NCBI RefSeq assembly: GCF_963921235.1
Contig: NC_086098.1
Location: forward strand, 82,646,001 to 82,710,000
Direction of reading: 5' to 3'
From: Mobula hypostoma
Taxonomy: Eukaryota
Length of the DNA: 64,000 bases
Positions within the stretch are counted from its first letter, which is position 1, and the number at the start of each line of letters is the position of its first letter. A program made the translations under genes and the position numbers. Positions 10,701 through 23,164 of the stretch are shown here, piece by piece. The notes beneath the pieces are model-generated. The model made no database searches. It was not told where the DNA came from and saw only the letters and a list, made by a program, of their open reading frames with translations.

Positions 10701-13700
10701 ATGATGTTGTAGGCATCACTGAATCATAGCTGAAAGATTATAGCTAGGAGCTTAAAGTCCAAGGCTACACATTGTATCAAAAGGCTAGACAGTAAGGCAG
10801 ATCTGTTGGTGAAAAAATGAATTCAGATAATTAGAAAGAGGTGACAGAGGGCTGGAAGATGTTGAATCATTGTGGATAGAGCTAAGGAAATGCAAAGGTA
10901 AAAAGACCCTGATGGGGTTTGCATACGGACCCCAAACAGTAGTAAGGATGTGGTTTACAAATTACAACGGGAGATAGAAAATGCATGCCAGAAAGGCAAT
11001 ATTACAACAGTCATGGGGGAATTTCAATATGCAGTTAGATTGGGAAAATCAGGTTGGTGGTAGATTACAGGAGGGGGAATTTCTAGAGTGCCTATGAAAT
11101 GGCTTTTTAGAGCAGCTTGTGGTTGAGCCTATGGGAGGATCAGCTATTCCGGATTGGGTGTTGTGCAATGAACCAGAATTGATTAAAGAACTTAAGGTAA
11201 AAGAACCCTTAGGGTGTTCATAATGTATTGTAATATGATTGATTTCACCCTGAAATTTGAGGAGGAGAAGCTAAAGTCAGATGTATCAGTGTAACAGTGG
11301 AGAAATGGGAATTACAGAGGCATGAGAGGAAGAGTTGGCCAGAATTGATTGGAAAAGAACAATAGCAGGGATGATAGCAGAGCAGCAATGGCTTGAATTT
11401 CTAGAAGCAATTCGGAAGGCACAGGATATATACATCCCAAAAAGGAAAAAGTATTTTAAAGGAAAGATGACACAACCACTGATAACAGAAGGAGTCAAAG
11501 CCAACATAAAAGCCAAAGAGAGGGTATGTAATGGAGCAAAAAATAGTGGCAAGTTAGAAGATTGGGAAGCTTTCAAATACGAACAGAAGGCAACTAAAAA
11601 ATCATTAAGAAGGTAAAGGAGGAATACAAAAGTAAGCTAGGCAATAATATTACTGAAGATACCAAAAATTTCTTCAGATGTATATATAGTGTAGCAGAGT
11701 GATGAGTGTGGATATCGCACCACTAGAAAACAATGCCGGAGAGGTAATAATGGGGACAAGAAAATGGCAGACGAACTGAATAAGTATTTTGCATCAGTCT
11801 TCACTGTAGAAGACACTAGCAGTATGGAGGAAGTTCCAGGAGTCAGGGGTCATGAAGTATGTTAAATTACCCTAACTAGAGAGAAGGTGAGATTACATTA
11901 TTAGATTATGAGAACACTCAGTCCTCTTTTATTGTCATTTAGAAATGCATACATACATTAAGAAATGATACAATGTTCCTCCAGAGTGATATCACAGAAA
12001 ACAGGACAAACCAAAGACTAACACTGACAGAACCACATAATTATAACATATAGTTACAGCAGTGCAAAACAATACCATAATTTGATAAAGAACAGACCAT
12101 GGGCCCGGTAAAAAAAAGTCTCAAATCCCGATTGACTCCCGAGTCCCCGATAGCAGGCGTCAAAGGGAGAAACTCCCTGCCATAAACCTCCAAGGCACCG
12201 ACAACTGCTGATGCCTTGGAAGCAGCCGACCACAGCCAACACCGAGTCCGTCCATCCAAAAACTTCGAGCCTCCGACCAGCCCCTCCCATACAGCCTGCC
12301 GAGCACCTTTGACCTAGCCCCGGCTGCCAAAACAAGCAACTCTGAGGATTCGGGGCCTTCTGCTCCGAAGATTCCGGTTACCACACAGTAGCAGCGGCAG
12401 CGAAGCGGGCATTTCAGAAGTTTCTCCAGATGTTCCTCCGTACTCTCACGTCTGTCTCCATCAAATCAGAATTGTGCACGGTACTCTACTTGACAGATAA
12501 CAGATATCATTCACCGGAGAGGCCGGGGGCACTGCGTTGCGTCGCCACCTTCTCCTCCTCCTCCTTGGGAAACTGAAAAATTTGAAGGTAGATGTCACCT
12601 GGACCAGATGGTGTACACCACAGGGTTCTGAAAGAGGTGGCTGAAGAGATCATGGAGGCATCAGTAATGACCTTTCAAGAATCACTAGATTCTGGAATGG
12701 TTCTGGAAAATTCCAAATGTCACTCCACTCTTCAAGAAGGGACAGAGGAAGAAGAAAGGAAACTAAGTCCAGTGAATCTGACCTCAGTGATTGGGAAGAT
12801 GTTGAAGTCGATTATTAAGGATAAGGTCTCAGGGTACTTGGAGGCACATGATAAAGTAGGCCATAGTCAGCATGGTTTTTTCAAGGGAAAATCTTGCCTG
12901 ACTAATCTGTTGAAAATATAACAAGCAGAATAGACAAAGTAGAGTCAGGTGATGTTTTATACCTAGATTTTCAGAAGGCCTTTGACAAGGTGCCACACGA
13001 GGCTACTTTACAAGCTAGGAGCACATGGTATTATAAGAAAGATTCTAGTGTGGATAAAGCATTGGCTAATTGGCAGGAGACAAGAGGCAGGAATAAAGGG
13101 AGTCTTTTCTGGCTGGCTGCCGATGACTAGTGGTGTTCCACAGGAGGGTCTGTGTTGGGACCGATTCTTTCTATGTTATATGTCAATGATTTGGATGATG
13201 AAATTGATGGCTTTGTTGAAAATTTTGCAGATGATGTAAATATAGGTTGAGGGGCAGGTAGTTTTGAGGAAGTAGAGAGGCTACAGGAGACAGATGAGGA
13301 GAATGGGCAAAGAAATGGCAGATGGAATCCAGCATCAAGAAGCGTATGGTCATGCAATTTGGTAGCAGAAATGAAAGGGTTGACTATTTTCTAAATGGAG
13401 AGAAAATACAAAAAACTGAAGCACAAAGGGACCTGGGAGTCCTTGTGCAGGATTCCCTAAAGGTTAATTTGCAGGCTGAGTCTGTGATGAGCAAGACAAA
13501 TGCAATGTTAGCATTCATTTCAAGAGGACTAGAATGTAATCTTGAAACTTGAGGCATCACTTGGGAGTATTGTGAGCAGGTTTGGGCCCTTCATCTTAGG
13601 AATAATGTGCTGAAGCTGGAGAATGTTCAAAGGAGGTTCATGAAAATTATTCCAGGATTGAATGGCTTGTCATATGAAAAGCGTTTTGTGGCTCTGTGCC

Positions 13701-16700
13701 TCTATTCACTAGAATTCAGAAGAATGAGGGGTGACCTCACTGAAGGCTATCAAGTGGTGAAAAACCTTGACAGAGTTGATATGGAGAGGATGTTTCCTAT
13801 GGTGGGAGAGTCTATGATCAAAGGACACAACCTCAGAATAGAGGGGCGTCCATTTTGAACAGAAATGAGGAGGAATTTCTTTAGCCAGAGAGTGGTGAAT
13901 ATGTGGAATTCTTTGCCACAGGCAGCTGTGGATGCCAAGTCTTTACATTTATTTAAGGCAGAAGTTGATAAGATTCTTGACTGATCAGGGCATGAAGGGA
14001 TATGGGGAGGAGGAGGAGATTGGGGCTGAGAGAAAAATTAGATCAGCCATGATGAAATGGCAGAGCAGATGCGATGGGCCAAATAACCTAATTCAGCTCC
14101 TATATCTTATGATCTTATGTTACATTTCTTCAATAGTTCACTGTTAAAAGTACTGTGTTCTGTAGGTCCAAGTTATTATGAAAGGAAAAAAAGAGCAGTT
14201 TGGTCAAAATGGTTGATTTTAAGGAGCAACTTAAAGATGAAAGGATGCAAAGTGATTTGACGAAGGGATTTTAGAGCTTTGGGGCTTAGGTAGCTAAGGG
14301 CGCAAACACAAGTACTGAAGTTATTAAAATTAAATATATACACGAGCCTAGATTTGAAGAAGTGATCTTAAAACTCGCGGAACAGAGTTAGGGAGTTCCA
14401 GATCACAATTTCGACTATGTATTATCAGCATGTACTTCCACTTCCATCCTGCTGTTGGTATCTGCACGTCTTTTAATGGAACAATGTAACTAACATAGGA
14501 CAGTAAGGTATTACATCAATTCCATTATACAAGTGGTTAAAGGCATTTAAAATGGAAATGTGAAACAAGAGTAGAATGAATGTATCTGACATCTGGACTG
14601 AATCATATTCCCAGCCCAAACACTCACTTGAATATTATATTTGGTTTTTGACTTAGACCATAAGACCTTAAGACTTAGGAGCAGAAATGGGCCATCTGGC
14701 CATCGAGTCTGCTCTGCCATTCAGTCATGGCTGATCCCTTTTTTCTTCCTCCTCAACCCCAGTTCCCAGCCTTCACCCCATAACCTTCGATGCCATGTCC
14801 AATCAAGAACCTATCAATCTCTGCCTTAAATACACTCAACGACCTAGCCTCCACAGCTGCATGTGGCAACAAATTCACCACCCTCTGGCTAAAGAAATTT
14901 CTTGCATCTCTGTTTTGAAAGGGCGCCCCTCTATCCTGAGGCTGTGCTCTCTTGCCCTAGACACTCCGACCATGGGAAACAACTTTTCCACATCTACTCT
15001 GTCTAGGCCTTTCAACATTCGAAAGGCTTCAATGAGAACCCCCCTCATCCTTCTGAACTCCAGCAAAAACAGTCCCAGAGCTATCAAACGTTCCTCATAT
15101 AATAACTCTTTCATTCCTGGAATCATCCTTGTGAACCTCTTCTGGACCCTCCCCAATGCCAGCACATCTTTTCTAAGATGAGGAACCCAAAACTGTTCAA
15201 GGTGAGGCCACACCAGTGCCTTATAAAGCCTCAGCATCACATCCTTGCTCCTGTATTCGAGACCTCTTGAAATTAATGCTAACATGGCATTTGCCTTCCT
15301 CACCACCAACTCAACCTGCACATTAACCTTCGGGATGTTCTGCACAAGGACTCCCAAGTCCCTCTGCATCTCAGATTTTTGGATTTTCTCTTTGTTTAGA
15401 AAATAGTCTACACATTTATTTCTACTACCAAAGTGCATGACCATGCATTTTCCAACATCGTATTTCATTTTCACTTTCTTGCCCATTCTCCTTATCCAAG
15501 TCTTTCTGCATCCTACCTGTTTCCTCAACACTACCTGCCCTCCGCCAATCTTCATATCATCTGCAAACTTGGCAACAAGCCCATCTATTCCATCAGCTAA
15601 ATCATTTTATATAAATGATATAAATGAGCATAAAAAGAAGTGGTCCCAACACTGACCCCTGCGGAATTCCACTAGTCACTGCCACCCAACCAGAAAAGGA
15701 TCCTTTTATTCCCATCAGCCATTGCTCTAACCATGTAAGTAACTTTCCTGTAATACCATGGGCTTTTAACTTGGTAAGCAGCCTCATGTGTCGCACCTCG
15801 TCAAAGGCCTTCTGAAAGTCCAAATATACAACACCCACTGCATCCCTTTTATCTATCCTACATGTAATCTCCTCAAAGAATTCCAACAGGTTCATCAGGC
15901 AGGATTTTCCCTGAAGCAAACCATGCTGACTTTGTAGTATCTTGTCCTGTGTCACCAAGTACTCCATCACCTCATCCTTAACAATGGACTCTGACTTCTT
16001 CCCAACCCCTGAGGTCAGGCTAACTGGTCTATAATTTCCTTTCTGCTGCCTTCCTCCTTTCTTAAAGAGCAGAGTAACCTGTGCAATTTTCCAGTCCTCT
16101 GGCACCATGCTAGAGTCCAATGATTTTTGAAAGGTCATTTCTAATGCCACCACAATCTCTAATGCTACCTCCTTCAGAACCCTAGGGTACAGTTCCTCTG
16201 GTCCAGGTGACTTATGTACCTTTAGGTCTTTCAGCCTTTTGACCACCTTCTCTCTTGTAACAGTTACTGCACCCAATTCTCTTCCTCACACACTAACAAC
16301 AGACTTCTAACAAATAGATTTATGACATTTAAAGAGTTGCTACGGTTTCCTGAAATAATGCATGATAATCTGATTAAAAGTGTGCATGCCTGCACAAAAA
16401 CAACTGTAAATATAATTTATTCCATTTTTGTTTTGCTTTTTCAGGATGCAGGCAGAAATTGCCAGGGCTCTAGCAGAGATATTTTAATCACCCTGAGTGA
16501 CAGGAGAGAAACCAGAGGATTGGAGGATAGCTAATGTTGTTTTGCTGTTTAAGAAAAGCTCTAAGCATAAACCAGGAAATTATAGGCCAGTGAGTTTGAC
16601 ATCAGTAGTGGGAAAGTTATTGGGAGGTTATTCCAAGGGACCAGATACATAAGAATTTGGATAGACACGGACTGATAAGTATAGTCAACTGATAAGTATA

Positions 16701-18558
16701 GCCTTTGACAGAGTCCTGCATGGAAGATTGGTCAAGAAAGTTCAGTCGCTCAGTATTCAAGATGAGGTAGTTAATTGGATTAGACATTGTCTTTGTGGGA
16801 GAAGCCAGAGAATGGTAGTAGACAGTTCCCTCTCTGACTGAAAGCCTGTGACTAGTACAGTGCCATAGGGAATGGTACTGGGTACATTGTTGTTTGTCAT
16901 GTATATCAAAGATCTGGATGATAAGGTGGTCAGTGGATCAGCAAATTTGCAGATGACACCAAGATTGGGGGTGCAGTGGACAGTGAGGAAGGCTATCATA
17001 CCTTGCTAACAGATCTGGATCAGCTGGAAAATAGAGCAGAAAATTGGCAGATGGAATTTAATGCAGACAAGTGCGAGGTGTTGCACTTTAGTAGGACCAA
17101 CAAGGTTAGGTGTTATACAAGTGAACGATACGGCACTGAGGAGTGTGGGAGAACAACAGTATCTGGGAATGCAGGCCAATAATTTGTTGAAATTAGCATC
17201 ACAGGTAGATAGGGTCGTCAAAAAAGTTTTTGGCACATTGGCCTTCATGTACTGAGTGCAGAAGATAGGATGTTATGTTGAAGTTGTATAAAGCGTGGGT
17301 GAGGCGTAATTTGGAGTATTGTGTGCAGTCTTGGTCACCTACCTACAGGAAAGATGTAAATAAGGTTGAAGGAGTACAAAAAAAATTACAAGGACGTTGC
17401 CAGGTCTGGAGGACCTGAGTTATAAGGAAAGATTGAATAGGTTACGACTTATGGGAACATCATGGGAAACTTCTTCACTCAGGGGATCGTGAGAGTGGGG
17501 AACAAGCTGCCAGCACAAGTGGTGCACACGAGCTTAATTTCAACATTTAAGCAAAGTTTGGATAGGTACATAGATGGCGGGGGTACGGAGGGCTATAGTC
17601 CCAGTGCAGGTCGATGTGAGTAGGCAGTTTAAATGGTTTCAGCATGGATTAGTTAGGCCAAAGGACCTTTTTCTGTGTTGTACGATGTGGACAATGATAT
17701 GTAGGCTTTTATATGCAAAGCCTGCATTTTCTGTTCATTCGTAAGTGCCCTTTAAAACATGCAGTCAAATCAGAATAGACACGTGGTGAAAATGGAGTTA
17801 GAAGAGGGAAGAAAAATCTCTTCATATATACGTACATTAAAAAATAAAGTTTCATTTATCCTAGCATCTGCAGACTTTCCCTTGTTTTTCACTTATCCTA
17901 CCAATGTTTGTTTAAGTAGTTTAAGTAGTTTCCTTTCTTGTCATATGCACCAATTAAATTCCTAGCTCATGTGAAACAGTAAACACTATACATAGTAAAT
18001 AATAAACAATAATTACAGCAACAAGCGAACAACAGAATGGTGCAAGATAGTACTGTAATGCAAAAACAAATGCTTACGTGACGACAGACACTCCCCCCTC
18101 CCCCAAAAAAACCTCGTGGAAAAGCAAACCGGTAAGATTAGCTATGACAAAGTGGAGCAAGTTCCGCCCTCTTCTCCAGGGATTATAACACTTGGGTTAA
18201 ACTGAGTTTATCTCAATCTGTTCTCAAACAAGGGCTCTACTACAAACAGTATTGCCCGAGGTACGGAAAATGTTACCCAAGCTCGAATCTGGCGACATGG
18301 GTAATAATGTCATAAATATTACTCCCCCGCGTTCAAATTAAGTAAATTGATGATGTCTTGAAATGGGACAAACGTCACTACCGAGCCTGCTTGCATCAAA
18401 GACCCACGATCAGTAATAGAAAAGGGCTAGAAAAGGTACGGATTGGGAGCAGGCCGCTGCTCTGTTATTTTCTTACACCAGACACGGACTGGAGCGCCGG
18501 GACTCGCTTTAAAGCGGAAAGTACCTGGCAGGCCCGTCAGGAAAACGTGGCGTCCCAT
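4708..18558 (-). CDS. NTPCR: NTPCR (cancer-related nucleoside-triphosphatase, THEP1 family); spliced CDS join(18558-18525,6639-6477,6383-6278,5443-5234,4788-4708), 594 nt, 197 aa
   Basis: Exons assembled by hand with GT-AG boundaries and consistent phases (34+163+106+210+81 nt). Translation MGRHVFLTGLPGVGKTTLIHK...GFYTEEVR...RIGFDVVT...VGQYVVD...VIDEIGKMELFS...LGTIPVPKGKPL...TKDNRN closely matches vertebrate NTPCR. Walker A (GLPGVGKT) and Walker B (VIDE) are intact. Confidence 0.96.
4983..5096 (-). repeat. 114-bp duplicate of 5425-5538 (NTPCR intron 3 end plus first 19 nt of exon 4)
   Basis: Ungapped match at offset 442 bp; I count 7 mismatches in 114. Confidence 0.95.
5095..5209 (+). mobile_element. 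5'-truncated CR1 3' tail
   Basis: tagaaaaatagagggctat...gggccgaagggcctgtattgtgctgta...tttctatg matches the tails at 642-755 and 38567-38686. Confidence 0.9.
5234..5443 (-). CDS. NTPCR: NTPCR coding exon 4 (VNGK...VIDEIGKMELFS...KIFN)
   Basis: Acceptor ttcctgtag, donor AAT|GTAAGT; 210 nt, phase 0-0; contains Walker B. Confidence 0.96.
5615..6201 (-). mobile_element. Two tandem tRNA-derived V-SINE (HE1-like) copies in NTPCR intron 3
   Basis: Minus strand shows an A-box-like head, a B box (ggttcaattcc in the 5905-6201 copy) and the V-domain-like tgggttt..tgctctggttt..; copies at ~5615-5900 and ~5905-6201. Confidence 0.75.
6278..6383 (-). CDS. NTPCR: NTPCR coding exon 3 (DDTG...EYRVGQYVVDIPSFECLALPLLTK)
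   Basis: Acceptor ttcttgtccccaag; in-frame donor AAA|GTAGGT; 106 nt; conserved VGQYVVD motif. Confidence 0.9.
6477..6639 (-). CDS. NTPCR: NTPCR coding exon 2 (GVGKTT...LSRT)
   Basis: Acceptor ttcattag, donor AG|GTAAAA; 163 nt; contains the Walker A lysine. Confidence 0.96.
6870..7538 (+). mobile_element. Rex1/Babar-type LINE 3' fragment inserted in a minus-strand CR1 tail (~6725-6852 and ~7540-7805)
   Basis: KKAQQHLYFLRSL motif; tail ...ctttgaactttg; the CR1 tail resumes after it (gccctgac / tgactaatcaagaacc). Confidence 0.75.
8816..8990. mobile_element. Fold-back element made of two inverted Penelope-like terminal-repeat pieces
   Basis: 58-bp arms at 8816-8873 and 8891-8948 around a 17-nt loop; the arm sequence matches the repeat at ~31985-32050. 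Confidence 0.8.
10362..10498. mobile_element. Tigger/pogo-like MITE remnant nested in CR1
   Basis: Flanked by TA on both sides; five (g)ccggatta-like subterminal motifs; right end ttagtgaaagtcgacctg. Confidence 0.6.
11890..12563 (-). mobile_element. Non-autonomous retroposon (GC-rich head, Rex/L2-like tail) nested in CR1 ORF2
   Basis: Interrupts ...agagagaagg / cttgggaaactg... of the CR1. On the minus strand it starts ggagaaggtggcgacg and ends with aataaa plus short repeats. CpGs are retained, so it is probably young. Confidence 0.65.
14655..16290 (-). mobile_element. CR1 LINE, RT through 3' tail
   Basis: KSPGPE, NYRPVSLTS, KSCLMNLLEFFE, YLDFQKAFD and SGIPQGSVLGPLLF motifs; short-repeat tail near 14655-14680. 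Confidence 0.93.
16495..17685 (+). mobile_element. Degenerate, internally deleted CR1 LINE
   Basis: PEDWRIANV, NYRPVSLTS, FADDTK and WQMEFN remnants; 3' UTR. Confidence 0.85.
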
Positions 18559-18745
18559 CACCAACACCCACCGTCACCTGCCCAACGACCGCGCAACGTC
18601 ACCGAGCACCGCGCTGTCACCTGACTCCCGAGTCCGGCGTCTGACGTCACCCAACCTGGTGGGGCGGAGGTGATGGGGAGGGGGAGGGGAGTGCGCGTGC
18701 GCAGTTGTGGTCGCCAGCTTGGCCGCTGAAACTGCACGGCGTTGT
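18440..18745 (-). promoter_or_regulatory. NTPCR CpG-island promoter: CRE, GC box, NRF1 site
   Basis: Palindromic CRE TGACGTCA at 18642-18649; GGGGCGGAG at 18661-18669; TGCGCGTGCGCA at 18692-18703, whose reverse complement TGCGCACGCGCA matches the NRF1 consensus YGCGCAYGCGCR; high CpG density; 85-145 bp upstream of the ATG. Confidence 0.8.
18525..18558 (-). CDS. NTPCR: NTPCR coding exon 1 (MGRHVFLTGLP-G)
   Basis: ATG at 18558; donor CAG|GTAC at 18524; lies in a CpG-rich promoter. Missed by the ORF track. Confidence 0.93.
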
Positions 18746-19039
18746 AGTGTGTGCTTTACTCTGTACTGTATTACCAACGGGTCACTCCACATCAATAGCT
18801 GTGTCATTCTTTCCCCCACACCGATCAGAATCAGGTTTAATATCACTGATATATGTCATGAAGTGTATTATTTTGTGGCAGCTATACAGTGCAATACATA
18901 AAAAACCTGTAAGTGCCTTACGTTGATGGGAAAGACGTGGGCTGGAATGTCCGTTTCTCTCCATAGGTGCTACGTTACCTGCTGAGTTCCCTCAGCGTGT
19001 TGTGTGTTGGGACCAGAATCATTGACTATTTCAGATATT

Positions 19040-19770
19040 TCAGACTAAGGAGCTGGTGGTAGACCTGAGGAGAGCTAAGGTACCGGTGACCCCTGTTTCC
19101 ATCCAGGGGGTCAGTGTGGACATGGTGGAGGATTACAAATACCTGGGGGTACGAATTGACAATAGACTGGACTGGTCAAAGAACACTGTGGCTGTCTACA
19201 AGAAGGGTCAGAGCAATCTCAATTTCCTGAGGAGAATGAGGTCCTTTAACATCTGCTGGACGATGCTGAGGATGTTCTACGAGTCTGTGGTGGCCAGTGT
19301 GATCATGTTTGCTGTTGTGTACTGGGGCAGCAGGCTGAGGGTAGCAGACACCAACAGAATCAACAAACTCATTCGTAAGGCCAGTGATGTGGGGATAGAA
19401 CTGGACTCTCTGACGGTGGTGTCTGAAAAGAGGATCCTGTCCAAGTTGCATGCCATCTTGGACAACGTCTCCCATCCACTACATAATGTACTGGTTGGGC
19501 ACAGGAGTACATTCAGCCAGAGACTCATTTCACCAAGATGCAACACAGAGCATCATAGGAGGTCATTCCTGCCTGTGGCCATCAAACTTTACAACTCCTC
19601 CCTTGGAGGGTCAGACACCCTGAGCCAATAGGCTGGTCCTGGACTTATTTCCTGGCATAATTTACATATTACTATTTAACTATTTATAGTTTTATTACTA
19701 TTTAATTATTTCTGGTGCAACTGTAATGAAAACCAATTTCCCCCGGGATCAATAAAGTATGGCTATGATT
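19040..19770 (+). mobile_element. Young Rex1/Babar LINE 3' fragment
   Basis: Open ORF 19056-19631 with YKYLGV, LRRMRSFN, FYESVVASV and RRSFLPVAIKLYN; aataaa plus short tail. Confidence 0.85.
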
Positions 19771-19789
19771 ATATTTACTCCCCCTTTCC

Positions 19790-20553
19790 AGCCATGCTGG
19801 TAGGCCAAATCAAATGTGGTGAGGAATCAGCATATAGGAGGGAGATTGAAAATCTGGCTAAGTGGTGCTACAGCGACAACCTCTTACTCAATGTCAGCAA
19901 GACCATGGAGCTGATTATTGGTCGCAGGGGGCGGCAACCTGAGGTTCATGAGCCTGTCCTCATGGGAGAATCAAATAGGCACAGGGTCAATAACTTTAAA
20001 TTGTGGAGTGTTATATTTTCAGAGTACCTGCTCTGGGCCTAGCATGTAACTACAATTACGAAGAAAGCACACTGGCGCTTCTACTTTCTTAGGAGTTTGC
20101 GAAGGTTTGGCATGCCAACTAAAACTGACAAATATCTACAGCTGTGTAGTGGAGAATATATTGACTGGCTGACTCATAGCCTGGTATGGAAACGCCAGTG
20201 CCCTTGAATGGAAAACCCAACAAAAAAGTGGTGGGTATGGCCCATTCCATCATGAGTAAAGCCATTGAGCACATCTACATGAAGTGTTGTCACAGGAAAA
20301 CATCATCCACCATCAGGTCCTCCACCACCCAGGTCATATTCCCTTTTTGCTGCTACCATCAAAAAGATACTACAGGAGACTCAGTACTCATGCCACCAGG
20401 TTCAGGGGCAGTTATTACCACTCAACCATCAGGCTCTTGAACCAAAGGCAATAACTTCACTTGCCACATCATTGAGATGTTCCCACAACCTGTGAACTCA
20501 CTTGGTGACATATACACTGTGTACATCGATAACAAATTTACTTTGAACTTTGA
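19790..20553 (+). mobile_element. Older Rex1/Babar LINE 3' fragment
   Basis: ESAYRREIENL.KWC..NLLLNVSKT.ELII motif; tail tactttgaactttgaac. Confidence 0.8.
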
Positions 20554-20944
20554 ACATTCTCTTCTGGACACTATCCACTCTTGCCATGAAGGGCATATCC
20601 AAGGAAAGCCAAATGTCACCAAGATGTAGGACCACTTCCTCAGCAGCTGATCGTGGGAGATCCTGTACAAAAACACAAATTAAGTTGGTCAACATACAAG
20701 AGACCAGTGATGATTCGATCTGGAGCTGATTTAGTGCAATAGACCCGCGCTGTCAGGATCTCAATGCTGCAAGTTTCTGCAACTCCAGAAATCTGATTAA
20801 AATTGAGAAAGGTTAGTGTGTCCTTTGTTGAGGGAGACCAATCAATGTTGTCAGGTTGCCTAAATTCTTAGAAGGTTTTGTGATTAATAACCCTTCAAAC
20901 CCAGTGAATAAACTACTGTATAATCCTTACAGTAAATTCATAAA

Positions 20945-21490
20945 GACTATAAGACATAAGAGTGAATTAGGCCATTTACCTTCAAGTCTGTTCTGTCATT
21001 TGCTGATTTATTTTCCTTCTCAACCCCATTACCATGCCTTCTCTCTATAACTATTGACAGCCTTACTAAGTAAGAACCTGTCAACCTTCACTTTAAATAT
21101 ACCCAAAGAACTCAGCCATCTATGGCATTGAATTCCAGATTCATCACGCTTGGCTAAAGAAATTCTCCTCATCTCTCTTCTAATGGGATTTTCTTTTATT
21201 CTGAGAATGTGCTGTCTGATCCTAGATTCTCTTACTATTGGAAACATCCTCTCCATATCCAACGTATCTATATTCAATAGATTTCAATGAGATCCCCCTC
21301 ATTCTTCTGAACTCCAGCAAATACTGGTTCAGAGCTATCAAATGCTCCTCATGCATTAACCCTTTCATTGCTAGGATCATTCTTGTAGACCTCCTCTGGA
21401 CCCCTTCCAATGCTGGCACATCCTCTCTTAGATATGGGATCCAAAACTCTTCACTGTACTCCAAACGTAGTCTAACCAAAGCTGTATAAG
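20945..21490 (-). mobile_element. CR1 LINE 3' fragment
   Basis: LVRLRLEY..EFW.PYLR, LEGVQRR and EFRRMRG motifs; repeat tail. Confidence 0.85.
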
Positions 21491-23164
21491 TGAGATTAAT
21501 TACAGTTTATAAAAATTCACAACTCTCAAAAATTGAAATTTTGTTCAAGTATGCAATATTCAAAGTTAAAAGTACATTTATTATCGAAATATGTAAATGT
21601 CACCATATACTACCCTGAGATTTGCTTTCTTGCAGGCATTCACAGTAGAACAAAGAAATACAATAGAATAAATGAAAAACTACACACAAAGACTAGCAAA
21701 CAACCAAAATGCAAAAGAAGACAAACTGTAAATACCAAAAAAGATAAATAATAATAATAATAAATAAGTAAATAATTAATGCTGAGCACATGAGTTGTTG
21801 AGTCCTTGAAAGTGAAAGTGAGTTGAAATTGAGAATTGTAACCAGTTCTTAATTTTATTGGCCTATTTATTCTTAAAAGAGATTAGCCATCTGTAAAAAG
21901 CCTGTCTAGCATGCTGTTCATACAGATCAATTCATTACACAGTACATTGAGGCAATGCAAGGGAAAACCATAAAAGAAGGCAGGATAAAGTGTAGCAGAT
22001 TCAGAAAAAGAGCAGTGCAGGTAAACATAAGATACAGGTTCGTAACAAGGTAGATTGTGAGGTTATGAGTCCACCTTGTACTAGGGAATCATTCAATAGT
22101 CTTATAGCCATGGGGTAGAAACGGTCTTTGACCTAGTGGTACATGCCTTCAAGCTTTTGTATCTTCTGCCCAATGGAAAAGAGGGAGAAGAGAGAATGGC
22201 CAGGACGGGTGGTCTTTGATTCTGCTGGTTGCTTTATCAGGCAGTGAGAAGTGTAGACAGAGTTCATGTGTTCTCTGTCCTTTGGTCTGCATCGTCCAGT
22301 TGATCAGGAACTGAGATTGGAGGCAAATTTGAATGTATAGCTTGAAGTTTTTTTTTTGAAATTCATGACAGTCAAGTATTAAATACAAAGTATGTCAGTT
22401 GTAATAAACCAGATTCTGATTTTGAACTATTACGTATCATTCTCTTCATACTATTTATCTGTTTTTCATTTTTTAAATCTCTTTGAAATTAACTTTTGTA
22501 TGGTCAACCATGACTGAATCCACTTATTAATTCTTCCTTTGAACAAAATTCTATTATGGACATTAATTTCTAAAGCTCCTTTTGCCTTTACTTTCCTTTT
22601 GGCCAGATTGTGTTGAAAGTTAGCTCTCTTTTCTTAGCAAGGAACTTTATAGAGCTCTGCTCCTTTGAACCATATCTGATTTGTTTCCCACACTCTCTTT
22701 AAACTCACTGATGTCTTGTCACCCACACTCCCTTTAAGTTTATTCACTGGAATATGTCTCATTGCTCTGTGTAGGTTTTAAATAAAAAGTGAATTATATC
22801 TGTGATGATAGTCGAAAAGATCTTCTAGTCAAGCAGATCTAAAGTCCCAAGGAAACCCCATTAAATGATACTTATCATATTCTGTTCCCTCATCCTCTTT
22901 GCCAAATACATTATCTCATACTTCTCTGGATTGATTTCCATTCACCAAATTGTGTCTGCCCATTGACAGCTTCCTGTAATTCTGAAACTGCTAATTTCAT
23001 CAACAAGCTTCTTAGTTATGACCCCTACATTTAATTGATAAATGTTCACAAAAGGGAAGAGATCTGTTATTAAGTGCTTCAGAGCCAACTATGCACAGTT
23101 CTCCAGTCACTATAACTCCCTGCCTTTGCTTTCTTCTATTGAGCCAACTCATAATACAACTCAC

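Larger units (their letters stand above)
9140..14118 (+). mobile_element. Near full-length degenerate CR1 LINE in NTPCR intron 1 (antisense to the gene)
   Basis: ORF1 zinc finger CSCCGMWE..CWKC, coiled coil LELELDEL and esterase remnants; ORF2 endonuclease YLNARSI, then SPGPDG, VNLTSVIGK, KSCLTNLL, SGVPQ, FADD; 3' tail. Many stops and frameshifts; two nested insertions. Confidence 0.92.

Noticed and set aside
19056-19631. 191-aa ORF as a gene divergent from the NTPCR promoter
   Set aside because: It is the C-terminal part of a Rex1/Babar LINE ORF2 with its own polyA signal and tail; the open frame reflects young age.
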